A stretch of DNA of 40,529 nt from Conidiobolus incongruus B7586 (Eukaryota). This document shows positions 1-12,170 of the stretch, in pieces (position 1 is the stretch's first letter; each line of letters begins with the position of its first letter). Both the position numbers and the translations under genes were made by a program. The notes beneath the pieces were generated by a model. It searched no databases. It had not been told where the DNA came from and saw only the letters and a program-made list of their open reading frames with translations. The stretch lies in NCBI GenBank assembly GCA_000697335.1, contig JNEM01008406.1, positions 1 to 40,529 on the forward strand. Reading direction: 5' to 3'.

Positions 1-775
1 TTAAAAAAATAATTTTTAAAAATTAGTTGTTTAATTTAATTATATTTCAACTAAATAGTAATCATCAAAAGTTTTTTATTTTAATATTAATAAAAATTAA
101 CTATAAACTCTTTAAAATTATTTAAAATTTATAAACAGCTTTTAATAATAAAATATTATTTAAATTAACAATTTATTATTAGGTAAATTACTTTAAGGTT
201 AAAAGAAAAACTATTTAAAACTTGTTAAAATTTAAAAAACTAACTTTAACTATTATTCTTTTAATTATTAATAAAGTAAAAAAATATATTAAAAAGTATC
301 TTTTTATTTCAGTTAAAAAATTATTTAAGCACTTTAATATTAATTTTATATGTATTTTATATATATTAAAATTTAAACTTAAGTTAATAAATAAAAATAT
401 AAAATATATATCTTATAATTTAACTAAAGCTTAAAAAAGTTAAAGTAGTTATTGTTAAATAAAACTTATTAAAATATTATTAAAAGCTTAAACTTTTATG
501 GTAAATAATTATAATTGATGAATCTTAAATCTTTATATATAATCCTTTATTAAAATACAAATCAAAATATTAAATTAAGTTAAATTAACCCCTTTTATCA
601 ATCCCTTTAAATAAATATTTTATTAATAAGCAAATATTAATTGTTATAATAGATTATAATAATATATATTACTTTTATTTAATTTTTAAAGGAAAATCAA
701 TTAATAATAAATTTTATATTGTTTTTTTAAATAAAAGTATTCTTAATTAATATTTTCAATATAATTTAAGAAGAA

Positions 776-1580
776 TTATTATTTTACATAATAATTATAA
801 AATACATAAATTTAAAATTATAAAAATTTTTTAATTAAAAATAACTAGAAAAAACTAAAACATCTAGTATACTCTTTAGATTATAACTTATATAATTATA
901 ATTTCTTTAGGTAATTAAAAAACTAGCTTATAAGAAAGAAAATTTCTACAAGAAAATTTAATTAATTTATAAAATATTAAATTTTAGTCTTTAATAAAAA
1001 AACTATTTTTTAAGTATTAAATCTTTGTTAAAAGTATAATAAAAAGTTATTAATAATAAAAGAAACTATTAAATTTATATTTTCTATTTATTTTTACTTT
1101 TTATATATTAAAATATTTATTTATTATATATTGCAAAAAATTCTAATTATTAAAAATATAGAATAATAATTTAAAAAAAAACTTATTATTTTATATAATA
1201 ATTGTAAAATATATTAATTTAAAGCTGTAAAAAATTTTCTAATTAAAAATAACTAGAGAAAACTACCATATTTAATATATTCTTTAGATTATAACTTATG
1301 TAATTATAATTATTTTAGGTAATTAAAAAATTAGCTTATAAAAAAGAAAATTTTTATAGGAAAATTTAATTGATTTATAAAATATTAAATTTTAATCTTT
1401 AATAAAAAGAATTGTTTTTTAAGTATTAGATCTTTATTAAAAATATAACAAAAAGTGATTAGAAATAAAAGAAATTAGTAATTCTATATTATATATTTAT
1501 TGTACTTTTTATATATTAAAATGTTTATTTTTTTCAATTGCAAAAAATTCTCATTATTTAAATTACAAAGTAATAATAAA
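776..1580. repeat. Degenerate direct tandem duplication, unit ~407 bp (copy 1 ~776-1170, copy 2 ~1183-1580)
   Basis: Shared anchors at a constant offset of 407-408: ttattatttta(c/t)ata 776/1183, ataactaga 841/1249, ttgcaaaaaattct 1131/1538. Internal blocks such as tctttagattataactta, ttaggtaattaaaaaa and ttataaaatattaaatttta are identical. Confidence 0.9.
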
Positions 1581-3271
1581 TTTATGTAAAATAAGCAATT
1601 TGTAAAAGTTGGAAATTTTAAATCAAGGATTGAAAATTTCTCCTAATTATATACTTATTCAATATAAATGAATACTTATAACTTTTTTAATCTTCATATT
1701 AAAGTTGAAAGAAAATCTGAATATTATATCATCATTTCAAAATAATTTTCCTTTTTAGAAATTATACTTTATTTCTTCATTCTGATAGATAATATTAAAT
1801 TTGATTCCAATCTCAATCAGTTAAAAATGTATTGGATTATGAATAAATTAAAATCATTGGTTAGTAATATTTGTTTGAGCTATAAGGAAGCTTTGATCCA
1901 TTTTAACAAGTTTGAAGAGGTAATATATCCTGACAGAAGCTTTCAAACAGTTCATTTTATCCTGTAATTGAACAAACAGAACCAATCCAGCTTAATTTTA
2001 TCAGTAGAAAAGGAATTAGTCAATGTTTAAGTAGATTAAACTCATTAAATTACAAAATAACTTATAAAAAGTATTGATTGAGTTTATTACAAGGTATTGA
2101 ATACTTCAATTGATTTAATGGATGACCCTCAATTCCTAATTTTTTACTACCGAACATATGATTCTTGATCTGAGGAGATATTTAAAGAGGAATTAAACTC
2201 GTAATGATAATCAACTTTCTTTCAAACTTAATAGTCTGATGTCACTCAATAATTTGCCATACCTATCCAAATAAATATATATTAATTGTTACATTAATAT
2301 TGGAAAAAATTATATACTTTGAATGATAAAAATCATATTGATGATCTTATTGCTCAAGTTGTTTCAATTTTTTAGTTCAAATATTCATGATTAATTTTCA
2401 TTTTATAAAACATATCCATAGTAAATTAATAATAATTCCATAATTTGGCTATATAAATTAAATCCTGATTGATAATATAGTATAATTTAGTTTATTTTGA
2501 TTGTCTTGACTATTATATATATTATAAAAATAATAATTCAATGTATCTTAAAATATACCACTAAAATAATTTTTTATCATCATTTCATGGTTAATTGAAA
2601 AATTATCAAAAATTTTCTAACATGAATTCATTGACTACCTTCACAGAATTAGCTATCCAAAACACATCATTAAAATTATAATTTTAATAACAATAAATGA
2701 GTAATTAAAAAAGGGAAATTGCAAAGAGCACTCGATTTCAATAAACATTACTTCAGGTTTAAAAATTTTCAGATCAATTGAATTTAATTGAATGGTATAT
2801 TGGTCTTAGATATTATATAAATTTTAATTATTTAAAGTTGGTAGGTTATCAGAATTTCAAAATGTAAGCTAGAATCATGTTAATCAAGCTGGTATTATTT
2901 AAAAGAATTGTAATACATTACTATTAAAAGTACTTTGAAGATATTGTCAAATTGATTTGAATTATTTAATAATCTATCAAAATTCATCAATATTGATTTA
3001 ACTAGTTATGATTTTTCAACCATGTGTCAATTCAAAATGTAGCTGATGGTTACTATTTATACCTATTTCTCAATAGTTAAATTTTCATCAGTTCACAGAT
3101 CATAAATTTATTGATTTTCAAAAGTTAATTAATTTGGAAATTGGTAATATTAAATGGCTCTAGCTGATTAATAAAAGTATTTAGAAAATTTCATGATATG
3201 ATAAATAGTGAAAGTATTGAAGGAATATGAGTAAATTGGATTTTTATTATCTATAATTTGGTGGAATATAA

Positions 3272-4696
<1,425 letters not shown>

Positions 4697-5045
4697 AATT
4701 ATAAGCTATTAAATATTTATATATATATTTTTGAAAAATTTATTAATTTTCTATTTAATCAAAAACTTTTGGTTGATCTATTAATATAATATAATATATT
4801 ATAATAAATAAATTTATTATAGAAAATTGTTAAGGAATAATAATCAAAATTAAATAAACTATAATTTGTAAAAATTAATTGTGGGATTTGTACAATTGAA
4901 ATAAAGTTGAAATATAAATCTTATTTCATTGAAAAAAAAATAAATTAAATATATAATGAAAATAATATAAAATAAATTAATTTATTAATACAAAAAATAA
5001 ATAAAAACATTATAATATTATAAATATTCTAAAATATATCAATGA

Positions 5046-7052
5046 TTAATAGTTGTTGGAATTGATAGAAGGCGCCAAATTGCTGAAATACCATTGAAAG
5101 TAACTGGTACTGGTTGGAACTTGCCAACCTCCACAATTAGTACGATTGGATTCACTGTTGGTACTATTTCTAATGAGAATCGATTCTAACAATCTGAGAA
5201 TTTCAATGTACATTTCACTCATATTCCAAGATTGAACAGTCTTCTTTAAAAAGCTTCGGATTTGATTCAATCTTTCTTTCGCAACGGATGTGTTTTCGCC
5301 ATTCTCGGCAAATGCTAAGTTGGCGTAGATTGTAGCGGCGTTGAAAATGGCAAAAGGACTGAATACATCGAGTACCTTGTCCTCGTGACCTGAAAAATCT
5401 ATCACCATGCGCCCTAATTCGTGCGCTGCTTGAATGCATCGATCTCGAGATCGCATTTCGAAAGTTGTGACGGATTTTTGAGCTATACCATGTGCCAAAT
5501 TACTACGGTGAAGCATTATAACAACTGTCCAATAGATACTATGGAGAATGGCTGTAGCACGATGGTGATGTGTGATTTCTTTTCTCACAGTGTGATTAGT
5601 CTCGGGTGAGAAGTGCATATGAGCTGGTAGGTCTTGCATGAAAGCTACCAAGTTTTGATCCAACTTGTTGAATGCGTTTCGAATTGTAGAATTCGAGTAC
5701 CATCTACGAAGGTGACGATGTTGAATAAATCTATAGATTTCTCTCCAGATAACGGTTAACTTGGCTGCATGTTGAAACCAGTAGTATGGCTTATACTGAT
5801 AGTGATGACCAGGATCCCAGATAGCATCGTCTCCAGGTAGATCTACCATATAGTCGCGGTCGTCAACACCGAGTGGTCTGCCAATAAGCGAGGCAGCAAT
5901 GATATCACATTGAAGGCATGCCCACCATAATCGTCTTCTTGTTTCAATTTCATGCCAAGTAAGGAGATTAGGACTAGCAGGATTGTACACCATGTGTGAG
6001 TCAATGAACCCGATACCAACGTATTGAGCAGATCTTTGAGCTACACCAACAAAATAAGTTGCATATTCACCTTTCCCCGATGCAAATTCGTAGCACGCCA
6101 TTAAGATCCCTGCTTGCACATCTTCAAATGCTGGAGATTTGTGTAAGTGTCTGCGAAACAAATCCTGGGCCCTATCTGCAAAATGCCTACCAGCGGGAGC
6201 TGAAGGAGTAGCCAGCAAAGCTAAATGATGAGAAAATCTTGCGGAAAGTGCAAATACTGACCAAGCCAAAATTTCAGGAAGTGAGTTTGATTGGTACTGC
6301 ATCATAAAAGTGGGACGATGCAAAATGCCGATATAATTATGTACGTGATTGAAGTATACCTCTATTAAATGATCAAACAAGGGCTGATTGCCAGCCATAC
6401 TAGAGTTGAAAGTTTTGTTAAAATTGATCGTTGGCACCGCATCAGAAGTTCTGCGAGATATGGATGGGGGCATCTCTTCTTCATCTTGAACAGAGCCTTC
6501 TTCTCTTTGGCGCTTCAGCTGACCAGGATGGTTCGATACAAATGTGCTAGGGACTGTGAGTAGAGGATCGAGATTTGAAGGTAGCTCTTTGTTGCCTTTT
6601 GTATTTGATTCGATAAGACTCTCCAAAGCAGAGATTTTTCGCTCTAGCATATCAATATATTGAGATCTCCTGCGAGATTTTGGTCTGTCACTTGTGTATG
6701 TACATCCCACCTTGTTGTCGATACATCTCTGACATTCAGGTAATGTATAGTCGCATATAATTTTGCGACTGCGGCAAAGGTCACAAGGATGGGCGCTAGT
6801 GCCAGTGGTGACTGTGGAAGCTGAATCTGAAACTGGCTCTGACCCATTATTATTATTATTATTATTATTACTGTTACTATTACTATTATTGTCGTTGCTG
6901 CTGTTGTTGTTCAAGGTCACTGACAAGGGTTTTATCTGATTTGCTTGTTGTAGATTATCTTCTGCAAAATGAACTGTTGGATGAGGGTTATTTTCAGAAG
7001 TGGGCTGAGTTGGGGAATTGCTGATATGACTATTGTCAGTTAATTTGTTCAT
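5046..7052 (-). CDS. Zn(II)2Cys6 binuclear cluster transcription factor with fungal-specific TF (middle homology) domain, intronless, 668 aa
   Basis: CDLCRSRKIICDYTLPECQRCIDNKVGC (Cx2Cx6Cx6Cx2Cx6C), then a coiled coil (YIDMLERKISALESLI) and Fungal_trans motifs YFNHVHNYIGILHRPTF and EIETRRRLWWAC...GRP. Confidence 0.93.
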   Translation of the reverse strand: MNKLTDNSHISNSPTQPTSENNPHPTVHFAEDNLQQANQIKPLSVTLNNNSSNDNNSNSNSNNNNNNNNGSEPVSDSASTVTTGTSAHPCDLCRSRKIICDYTLPECQRCIDNKVGCTYTSDRPKSRRRSQYIDMLERKISALESLIESNTKGNKELPSNLDPLLTVPSTFVSNHPGQLKRQREEGSVQDEEEMPPSISRRTSDAVPTINFNKTFNSSMAGNQPLFDHLIEVYFNHVHNYIGILHRPTFMMQYQSNSLPEILAWSVFALSARFSHHLALLATPSAPAGRHFADRAQDLFRRHLHKSPAFEDVQAGILMACYEFASGKGEYATYFVGVAQRSAQYVGIGFIDSHMVYNPASPNLLTWHEIETRRRLWWACLQCDIIAASLIGRPLGVDDRDYMVDLPGDDAIWDPGHHYQYKPYYWFQHAAKLTVIWREIYRFIQHRHLRRWYSNSTIRNAFNKLDQNLVAFMQDLPAHMHFSPETNHTVRKEITHHHRATAILHSIYWTVVIMLHRSNLAHGIAQKSVTTFEMRSRDRCIQAAHELGRMVIDFSGHEDKVLDVFSPFAIFNAATIYANLAFAENGENTSVAKERLNQIRSFLKKTVQSWNMSEMYIEILRLLESILIRNSTNSESNRTNCGGWQVPTSTSYFQWYFSNLAPSINSNNY
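6846..6910 (-). repeat. (AAT/AAC)n coding microsatellite encoding an Asn/Ser-rich tract
   Basis: cattattattattattattattatta... on the + strand encodes NNNSSNDNNSNSNSNNNNNNNN in the transcription factor N-terminus. Confidence 0.85.
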
Positions 7053-9269
7053 ATTTCATCTATTATATTATATCAAATTATTAAATCTTATCAATATGCA
7101 TTTACTCTTTTAAATTACATAGACCAATTTAAATTTAGTTTAGTAATATCCCATTTAGTAATTAGGAATTATGGGTTTAAATTAATTCTATGTGAAATAT
7201 ATTAGAAATTTCTAAATTTATAACTGTGATTTATTATATTCATAGGTCATAACTATTCATTCAACCAATGATTTGTAAATATTTATTTAAATGAATGCTA
7301 ATTTAACCGGCAGATCAATACTCATTACACAGATATAGTAAAAATGAAGATTTTAATATGATGTAAAGTTGAAGAAATGACAGGTCACAAGCTTTCCACA
7401 ATAAACTGTTTGTATTAATATTGCTTTATAAATATATTAATCTAATAAATTTAATATATCAAATTAATTTGATTCTTAAAATTTATTGACAATACAATAA
7501 AACTTCTATCATTTGAATATCATAAAATTGAAAAAAGATAACCTACAACAATTTGACATGTATACAACAATCAAAATAATAATTTTCACGTTGTAAATAT
7601 AAAGTGGATATTCAACAATTCATCTTGTAGAGCATAATTATATTATTCCGTTGATTTTATTGGATTTTAAAATTCAGTTAGCAATTCAAACTATAACTAT
7701 TCTTTTCAAAATGATTATTTTTAATTATATTCTTTGATATATCTCTAACAACAATGAATTTAAAAGTTATTTTTTATAATGAAATAATATCATTAAATTT
7801 TGACATATCCATAAATATTTTGGTTTATTTTAATTATTTTTTGTTAAATATTTGTCCAATATAAAATTTTTTGGAATATATTTGATTTTAATAATGACAA
7901 ATATTTGAAAGATGCCTTAAAGAAAATCAAAAATTCGTCATTATACATTCTTGAGTTGATAATATATCAGATTGTGAAATAAGTTTTAAAAAATATTTTT
8001 CAATTTTTCAAATTTGTTTAATAGTTAACTATAAATATTGTTATATAATAAAATTCTTTTTTTGTTTTACTTAATATAATCTACTTTCAAACTTTTCAAA
8101 ATTGTCTAACTATTTCAAGAACCTATCTTGTTAATCAATTTAATTGCTATATTTAAATTGGAATGAATAGCATTAAAATGATTAAAGTTGCTTTCTAGCA
8201 TAGAAGCCATTTAATAGTCCAAAGCAATCGAAATCACAATGACTCATAACTGGTGAGTATGATAGGTGTGATAATAGAGCTCATTTCTTTAATTTAGTAT
8301 GGTCTTTGGTAATATTTGTTTTAGGGGACTTTGTATATCATGAGTAATTAGAGGCCTTGAAATCCAGCAAAATAAACACCATTTTGTTTCGTTTCTGGTT
8401 CAATATATGCTATATATTATACTATTCATGATAATTTCTTAACTCAATAATAGTTTGAAGCCAATGTTTTTATAATATAAACGAATAATTAAAAATTTTG
8501 TTCGGAATTTTTTGGGTGCGAAAAGAATTAAAACTGGACTTTGAATATAATTCAATTTTAAAATTTTGAAAAGATGATAATATATAAAATTAATACAGGC
8601 TTTTATCTATGACGGTATTTCACTTTAATATTTTAGAATTAGATATTTATTAATTGATGTTTTGAGCTATTATATTTATTTATTTTTCGAAAAACTGACA
8701 ATATATAGGGTATTTATTTTGCATCTTGTTTTTTATTCTAAATAACTTTGTCATACAAAATTAAAACATCTATGCTCAATACGCAATTTCACAAAAATAT
8801 CCTTTAATGACAAATGATTAATCCATTTTATATACTTTTGGACTATTCTAAAATATTTTCAATATATTATAATATTTTATTGGCAAAGTTATTAAAATAA
8901 AACTAGATTTCATAAAGGACCTTCGATTCAATTTATCCATGATATAGCTATACAAAACTATATATATTTTCGATCAAGGATTGTGAAGCCCAATAATGAT
9001 ATTTATATTTAATATTTTCAATATATATCATAAACCCTGCACTCTATTCCAAAAAATCGAGGTTAGTATTTTACCTTAAAATGAAATTACATCTCAAATT
9101 TTTAAACATTTTTTCGCAACCTAATAAACGCACTATTTCAGGTTAAGAAAATTAATAATTTATAGTTGAGTCCTGATCAGAAATTAATCTAGCTCCATAT
9201 CCATTCCTAATCCTTAAAATTTTCAGTACATAAACATGTTTATTATAATTAATTTCATGTAGAAATAGA

Positions 9270-11636
9270 ATGACAGTGTATTTTTTAACATTAGGAGTAT
9301 AAAAGGTTGTATTATCAATCTATTGAAATTAAAAGTTGGAAATGTCAGCAATTTGGAATCAGTTTATTCCTACAAATAATTAAGAGTTCAGGAGTCCGAC
9401 ATTTGGTCATATTTTTAGGATTGTATAATACATTACGCAACAATTGGGTAAGAAACTGGATTATGTCTTGGTCAAAGATTATTCGGATGTATCTTTTCTA
9501 TCTTATTCTGATACCGATTATTTATGGAGAACCTTAGAATTGACGCATCCTAGTCTTACTCCCGCATCCTTGTCATCTCGTAATTCTGCTGATGCTTTGG
9601 TTGAACTTATACCAAACGACAAATACAAGGCTTTAGTATATCGAAAGGGTATGAAATCGGTAGCTTTGAACTGCAAGGAACGAACTCCAGATCTTCGCCT
9701 TGCCAACAAATAAATCATTGAAGACCCCTTCACGACCTATGCATGTGATCCTATATTCTTCCGATCTGTTGGGTCCAATGAAATCGAATACAATGGAGCT
9801 TGTATGCTCATTCTTCATTGTTTACAATCTTCCTCAAGTTGATATATATTACCAATAAGGTCTCATTTTGTCAAGGCATACAAAGGATTCATACCAATGG
9901 ACATTTGCAATTGGAATGCCACGTCTGTCTAGTATTTTTTTTCTATATTCCATTCCGTGAGAATTAACAACATTATCAATTTCCCAATGATTTGGCATAA
10001 ACTCGTCGTCTTGCTTCCCAATTTGCCGCCAGATGGTCAATATTTTTCAAAATTAATCGCTAGAACCATTGCCAAAACTGATGTTAAGACAGTAAAAATA
10101 TTTCCTATTATGTTAGTACAGCTTATGGAATATTATCTAAGCCAATTTTCCGAAAAGCATACATATAGCTCGGATAATATGAAAGTCATGGAGTGTGCAG
10201 GTACTTCACTTCTCATCCATTTTATTAAACAGATCGTAGATTACAGTAGATTATCATAAACCAATTTTGGATATACTGAAGTTGGGCGTTGGCTGCAGGA
10301 TGCATTATATGAAGAACCTGAAAATTAAAGAATGCTTTACTCCCTTTTAGGTTCATCCAAAGATTTATTCAAAGATATTGATAATCTTAATTTGGTACAG
10401 TTAGTCATTCTAGCAATGAATTAGATTTAGTAGACTGTCAAAAGAGGGAAAAATATGGCGATTTCTGTACAGTTATTATCATTAAAGTAGTGGCTCAAGA
10501 TTCTTTGAGATGAAATTATTTTATGCGATCCAACGATTTTTTTGGTTAGCATTACTCGCGAGATAATTAATCTTTTATCTGTTGAAGCAATTATTGAAAG
10601 ATGTGCTTATGTAGAGAGATATGCTGTATTGGAAAGAAATCACATCATGAGTAGTCTCATCATTCAGTTGAACAACGACGCTGTTAGAGACATCAATCAA
10701 TCCACCATTAAATCCAATATCTGGAAATATATTGAAAAAACTAATCTAGTTTCCCAAGCCATGGTAAGATTTATCGTGAAATGGTATATTGTTTACCCCT
10801 TACATCGGACAAGTACATTCTAATCAAGATTAAAGGTAATTTATACAGATCCCAATGCTATCAATGGTTCAAAGAGGAATTAGTATAATTGAAAGAGAGT
10901 ATAAACAGCAAATTTCTCAGTTAGATCAAAGCAGAAAACTTCCATTGGATCTTGCACAAATGGAGACAGTGATTTCGCAATGCCTCAAACTATTTCAGGT
11001 TGCCAATTAGTCAAAATAGGTACCTTTCTCAAGGTTGGATTGGATTCTCTTTCCTGTGTCAAGTTTAAAAATATCACTATTAATAGCATTGAAGAGTTTC
11101 CCAGTGAATTATATTTATGAATACAATACACTCAGCAAATTTTCTAGCTATTTATTTAATCAGGTGATGGGTGTTAAAATCGAAAGTACTGAGAAGCTTG
11201 AAAAATTCAAACTCAGATTGAGGATTGTTCACATCGATTTATATCCCAACTAAAAGATTTGGCTATGGGCGTATACCACCAACCTGATGATGGAATGAAA
11301 ACCATTATAATTATTGGGGTCAATGGTGCATTGAGAGCTTTCACCTTACATTCTTCGGTTCAAGATCCCAATGTTAATACAATTTATACTTTATTAATAT
11401 CTGATAATCATCAAATTGAGCAAAAGAAAGTAATGAGCTCCTTTAAAGATCATAAAATCAAGCTATCCTATCCCAAATTATCGAAAATTGCATTCTATGC
11501 AGTAAATTTTGAACGGGGGTCTCTTGGACTATCAAATGAAAAATATTAAGTTACGCAGTCTTGTACTAATACCTATCAAGTGTGATGGACAATGAATAAC
11601 AATTCTTTTGGTTAACGATTCTAAGTTGAGTGTATT
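9270..11636 (+). pseudogene. NRPS-like A-T-R (adenylation-thiolation-reductase, carboxylic acid reductase-like) pseudogene, truncated in the R domain
   Basis: Ordered motif remnants across frames: SDTDYL...LSSRNSADALVELI (~9505-9610; cf. LSPRNS of fungal NRPS-like A domains); ILYSS[G]SVG (9748-, frameshifted P-loop); FGYTE (10266-10280); IWKYIEKTN (~10718); T domain FLKVGLDSL (Ser at ~11046) with NYIYEYNTL; R-domain Rossmann IIIIGVNGAL (~11303), DPNVNTIY and LGLSNEKY. There are multiple stops and frameshifts. Boundaries are approximate. Confidence 0.85.
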
Positions 11637-12170
11637 TATATATATATATATAGTTATATATTACTATGCTTTCGGATCTGTTCAAGATTTTTAATGATAA
11701 TAATATTATTGATATTAATTTTTAAGAATAAAAATGATATATAATGTCAATATCAAATAAATTCTTTCTTTAACAATATATTGACAAATATATTATTAAA
11801 TAAAAATAAATCCAAAATCAAAGAGATTAAAGTTTATTGATTATCCGAAATAATGTGAATATAAAATATTGGATTCAATATTAATATATTTTAGACTTTA
11901 TATATAATAAAATAATAGCATTAGGGATAATAATTAAAAAATTGTAAATTCGATGATTTAATAAAATGTTTAAAATTTTATATTTCAAATTTTAAAACTT
12001 CGAAACTGTAACAAATTTTTAAAATCCCATAATTGTTTAATATATCGATGATGTCAATATTACGATTAAAATTGAGACTTGGATCTAAATTAAAGAATTT
12101 CTATATTTTTCATCATCTCTAAACACCAAAATAATATATTTAAAATAATCATCAATTAAAAATTATAATC

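Noticed and set aside
222..434. 70 aa K/I/L/N-rich ORF (also 38196-38378 and 39012-39224)
   Set aside because: Composition is dictated by very AT-rich DNA, with no motifs; two of the three start at non-ATG codons. These are chance ORFs.
9787..9803. ACAATGGAGCTT resembling the RNase MRP CR-V motif
   Set aside because: It lies inside the A-domain pseudogene and has no matching CR-I/P4 partner.
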